From an uncultured Ignavibacteriales bacterium (GTDB lineage Bacteria > Zixibacteria > MSB-5A5 > GN15 > FEB-12), in contig CAYNIJ010000011.1 in assembly GCA_964397415.1 (NCBI GenBank), forward strand, positions 19,197 to 83,196: a DNA stretch of 64,000 bases, given 5' to 3'. Every line of letters starts with the position of its first letter. Positions within the stretch are counted from its first letter, which is position 1. The position numbers were made by a program, and so were the translations under genes. The notes beneath the pieces were generated by a model. It had not been told where the DNA came from and ran no database searches. It saw nothing but the letters and a program-made list of their open reading frames with translations. Below, piece by piece: positions 61,924-64,000 of the stretch.

Positions 61924-63224
61924 TGAAAAGACTTATCATCCTCGGCCTGTTGATCCTCGCCTCCGCTGCTGCAGCGCAGGGAGTCGCGCCGGAGCGGCAG
62001 ACCCTCGATCGCATTATCGCGATCGTCGGCAAAGAAGCGATTCTCGCCTCAGAACTGGCCGGCCAGATGCAAATCTACAGCCTCCAGACGGGGCGCAAAC
62101 CAAACTCCGAACAAGAGGTTATCGCGCTTCGTGATCGCTTGCTCGACGAGATGGTCACCGACCTGCTCTTTCTCCAGGAAGCCCGGAAAGATACCAGCAT
62201 CAAAGTCCGCGATGAAGAAATAGATCAGGCAGTCAATGAGTATATCCAGCGCGCCATCCAGCGCATGGGCTCGGAGGAGAAATTCAACGAGGCATTGGCG
62301 GCCGAAAACCTGACCATTCGCGGCCTGGAGAAACGGTATCGCCCCGATATCGAAAAGCAACTGCTCAAGCAGCGGCTGATCCAGAAACGCTTGATGACCA
62401 TCTCAATCTCCAAGCATGAGGTTGAGGAATTCTACGCCAAGTTCAAAGACTCCTTACCGACTCAGCCGGAAGCGGTACGACTGGCGCATATCCTCTTGCG
62501 CATCACTCCTTCACAGCGGGTCGAAGATTCGGTCAAAGCGCTCGCCACAAAACTCCGCCAGCGGATAATCGGCGGCGCGGATTTCGCCACCATCTCCTCC
62601 CAGTACTCGAGTATGGGTGCGGGTGTGAATGGCGGCGACATTGGTTACGTCGCCCGTGAGGATGTCGTTCCCGAATTTGCCCGTGCCGCGTTCGCGCTGG
62701 GTGTCAATGAGATCTCCGGGGTGGTCCGAACCGAGTTCGGCTACCATATCATTCGAAACGAGGGGAAGCAGGAGAATCGGCTGCGCCTCCGGCATGTTCT
62801 CCTTGCGGTCGAACCGTCGGCCGCTGATACGACAGCGGTTTACCAACTGACGGATTCGTTACTTCGCGAAGCACGGGGTGGCGCGAGCTTTGAGGAACTT
62901 GCCAAGACTTTCTCCGACGACAACAACACGCGGGCAACTGGTGGCGAGATTGGCTGGCTGGCGGTCAATGAAATGCCCGCGGCCTTTGCCGATGCCGTAG
63001 CCGGATGGAGCGAAGTGGGAAGCTACAAGGGTCCCGTGACATCGCAAGACGGCATACATATTTTCAAGCTGCTTGAACACACTCCGGCCAAGACGTACAC
63101 CATCGAAAACGACTACGACCAGATCAAGGAACTTGCCCGCCAGGACAAGACTGGACGGTCGGTCGATAAGTGGCTCGCTGATATCAAAAAGAAAAGCTTC
63201 ATCGTCTACCAGCTCGAGGAATAA
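61920..63224 (+). CDS. surA: periplasmic chaperone/peptidylprolyl isomerase SurA-like
   Basis: ATGA overlap with the upstream gene. Signal peptide, SurA_N-like region and two parvulin domains (..FGYHIIRNEG.., ..DGIHIFKLLEH..). 434 aa. Confidence 0.75.
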   Translation: MMKRLIILGLLILASAAAAQGVAPERQTLDRIIAIVGKEAILASELAGQMQIYSLQTGRKPNSEQEVIALRDRLLDEMVTDLLFLQEARKDTSIKVRDEEIDQAVNEYIQRAIQRMGSEEKFNEALAAENLTIRGLEKRYRPDIEKQLLKQRLIQKRLMTISISKHEVEEFYAKFKDSLPTQPEAVRLAHILLRITPSQRVEDSVKALATKLRQRIIGGADFATISSQYSSMGAGVNGGDIGYVAREDVVPEFARAAFALGVNEISGVVRTEFGYHIIRNEGKQENRLRLRHVLLAVEPSAADTTAVYQLTDSLLREARGGASFEELAKTFSDDNNTRATGGEIGWLAVNEMPAAFADAVAGWSEVGSYKGPVTSQDGIHIFKLLEHTPAKTYTIENDYDQIKELARQDKTGRSVDKWLADIKKKSFIVYQLEE

Positions 63225-63466
63225 TGCGGGTTGACGATTACCTGAGCACGGTCGGCCTCATCAAGCGACGGACCGTGGCCAAAGAGATGGCCGACAACGG
63301 GCTGGTCGAAGTGAATGGCCGCAAGGTCAAACCCTCGCATGAAGTGAAGATCAGCGATATCATCGCGATAAAGGGAAGTCGCCCGTTTACGGTCGAAGTG
63401 CTCCAGGTGCCGCATGGTTCGGTCTCCAAAACCGCCCGCACCGACTACTACCGCCCATTGGCATAG
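63224..63466 (+). CDS. S4-domain RNA-binding protein (Hsp15/YlmH-like)
   Basis: TAATG overlap with surA. MRVDDYLSTVGLIKRRTVAKEM..GLVEVNGRKVKPSHEV follows the S4 pattern. Confidence 0.75.
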   Translation: MRVDDYLSTVGLIKRRTVAKEMADNGLVEVNGRKVKPSHEVKISDIIAIKGSRPFTVEVLQVPHGSVSKTARTDYYRPLA

Positions 63467-63582
63467 TCTCGGCTTTTAGCCGTCAGGCGAAATTCCTCTC
63501 CTTTCCCGAACCAACCGGCGCATTTACCTGTTACTCTCATTGAGTTGGACAATACCTCGGCCATTTTGAAGAAGGACATTCC

Positions 63583-64000
63583 GTGACCCCCAATTTACCT
63601 ACGACCCTCGGCGCCCTCAAAAAGTCAGGCTGGAAAAGCCGCTCGGTCAAAGAAGAGATGCGCGAGAACCTGCTGGCACTCCTCAAGTCCGGGGCGAAGA
63701 TATTCCCTGGTATTGTTGGCTACGAAAAGACGGTTATACCGCAGATACAAAATGCGGTGCTCTCCAAACACCATTTCATTCTGTTGGGACTTCGCGGACA
63801 GGCAAAGAGTCGCATCCTTCGCCAGTTACACCTCTTGCTCGATGAGTGGCAGCCGATCGTGGCCGGTAGTTACCTTAACGAGGATCCGCTCCGGCCGATA
63901 TCGCCGAAAGCAAAGCAGATCATCGCGGAGCATGGCGACAACACGCCCATCGAGTGGAAACATCGCGAAGAACGCTATCACGAAAAGCTGGCGACACCGG
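63583..64000 (+). CDS. Mg-chelatase-like (ChlI/COG1239-type) AAA+ ATPase, 3' end cut by window edge
   Basis: Not in the ORF track because it runs off the window. GTG 63583 with GAAGGA upstream. Translation ..FPGIVGYEKTVIPQIQNAVLSKHHFILLGLRGQAKSRILR.. matches my recollection of this family. Confidence 0.55.
   Translation, partial: MTPNLPTTLGALKKSGWKSRSVKEEMRENLLALLKSGAKIFPGIVGYEKTVIPQIQNAVLSKHHFILLGLRGQAKSRILRQLHLLLDEWQPIVAGSYLNEDPLRPISPKAKQIIAEHGDNTPIEWKHREERYHEKLATP

Overview
The window reads as a chromosomal segment from an uncultured diderm bacterium, probably of the FCB superphylum. Evidence in the window: LPS/Kdo genes, Lol, SurA, a fused ccoNO cbb3 oxidase and a T9SS C-terminal sorting domain. 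All family assignments come from reading the translated ORFs and recalling motifs; no searches were run.

Most of the window is housekeeping:
- Kdo and lipid A genes: kdsA-kdsC-kdsD, an LpxL-like acyltransferase and lptC.
- coaD, lysS and lolC/lolD.
- mcsA-mcsB-clpC.
- rpmA, M48 and M1 metallopeptidases, and fumC.
- A complete cbb3 oxidase and maturation cluster, in transcription order ccoI-ccoS-ccoNO-ccoQ-ccoP-ccoG-ccoH plus a DsbD_2/TauE-like gene.
- amt with a TorF-like porin, a NarL-type two-component pair, tRNA-Asn(GTT), hprK and two SurA/PpiD-like isomerases.

The standout is a 10.3 kb gene (57667->47375, minus strand) for a 3,430-aa secreted protein. It has about 29 tandem four-Cys Ig-like modules arranged in ~770-nt three-module super-repeats. 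These are followed by a cohesin-like module, a dockerin-like module and a T9SS sorting domain. A second secreted protein (27838->25484) ends in a duplicated dockerin-like segment and has no T9SS tail. Together they suggest a cohesin-dockerin surface assembly.

Other items worth a second look:
- A ~1 kb ORF-free spacer upstream of the giant gene, containing a 25-bp-stem structured element.
- A cupin / type III PKS / IMPase operon.
- A monocistronic, very basic protein with a single Myb/SANT-like repeat.
- A REC-like + Fis-HTH regulator that lacks the phospho-acceptor Asp.
- Several perfect palindromes just upstream of clpC, amt, ccoI and the two regulator genes.

I saw no CRISPR array, transposase, integrase or prophage signature.
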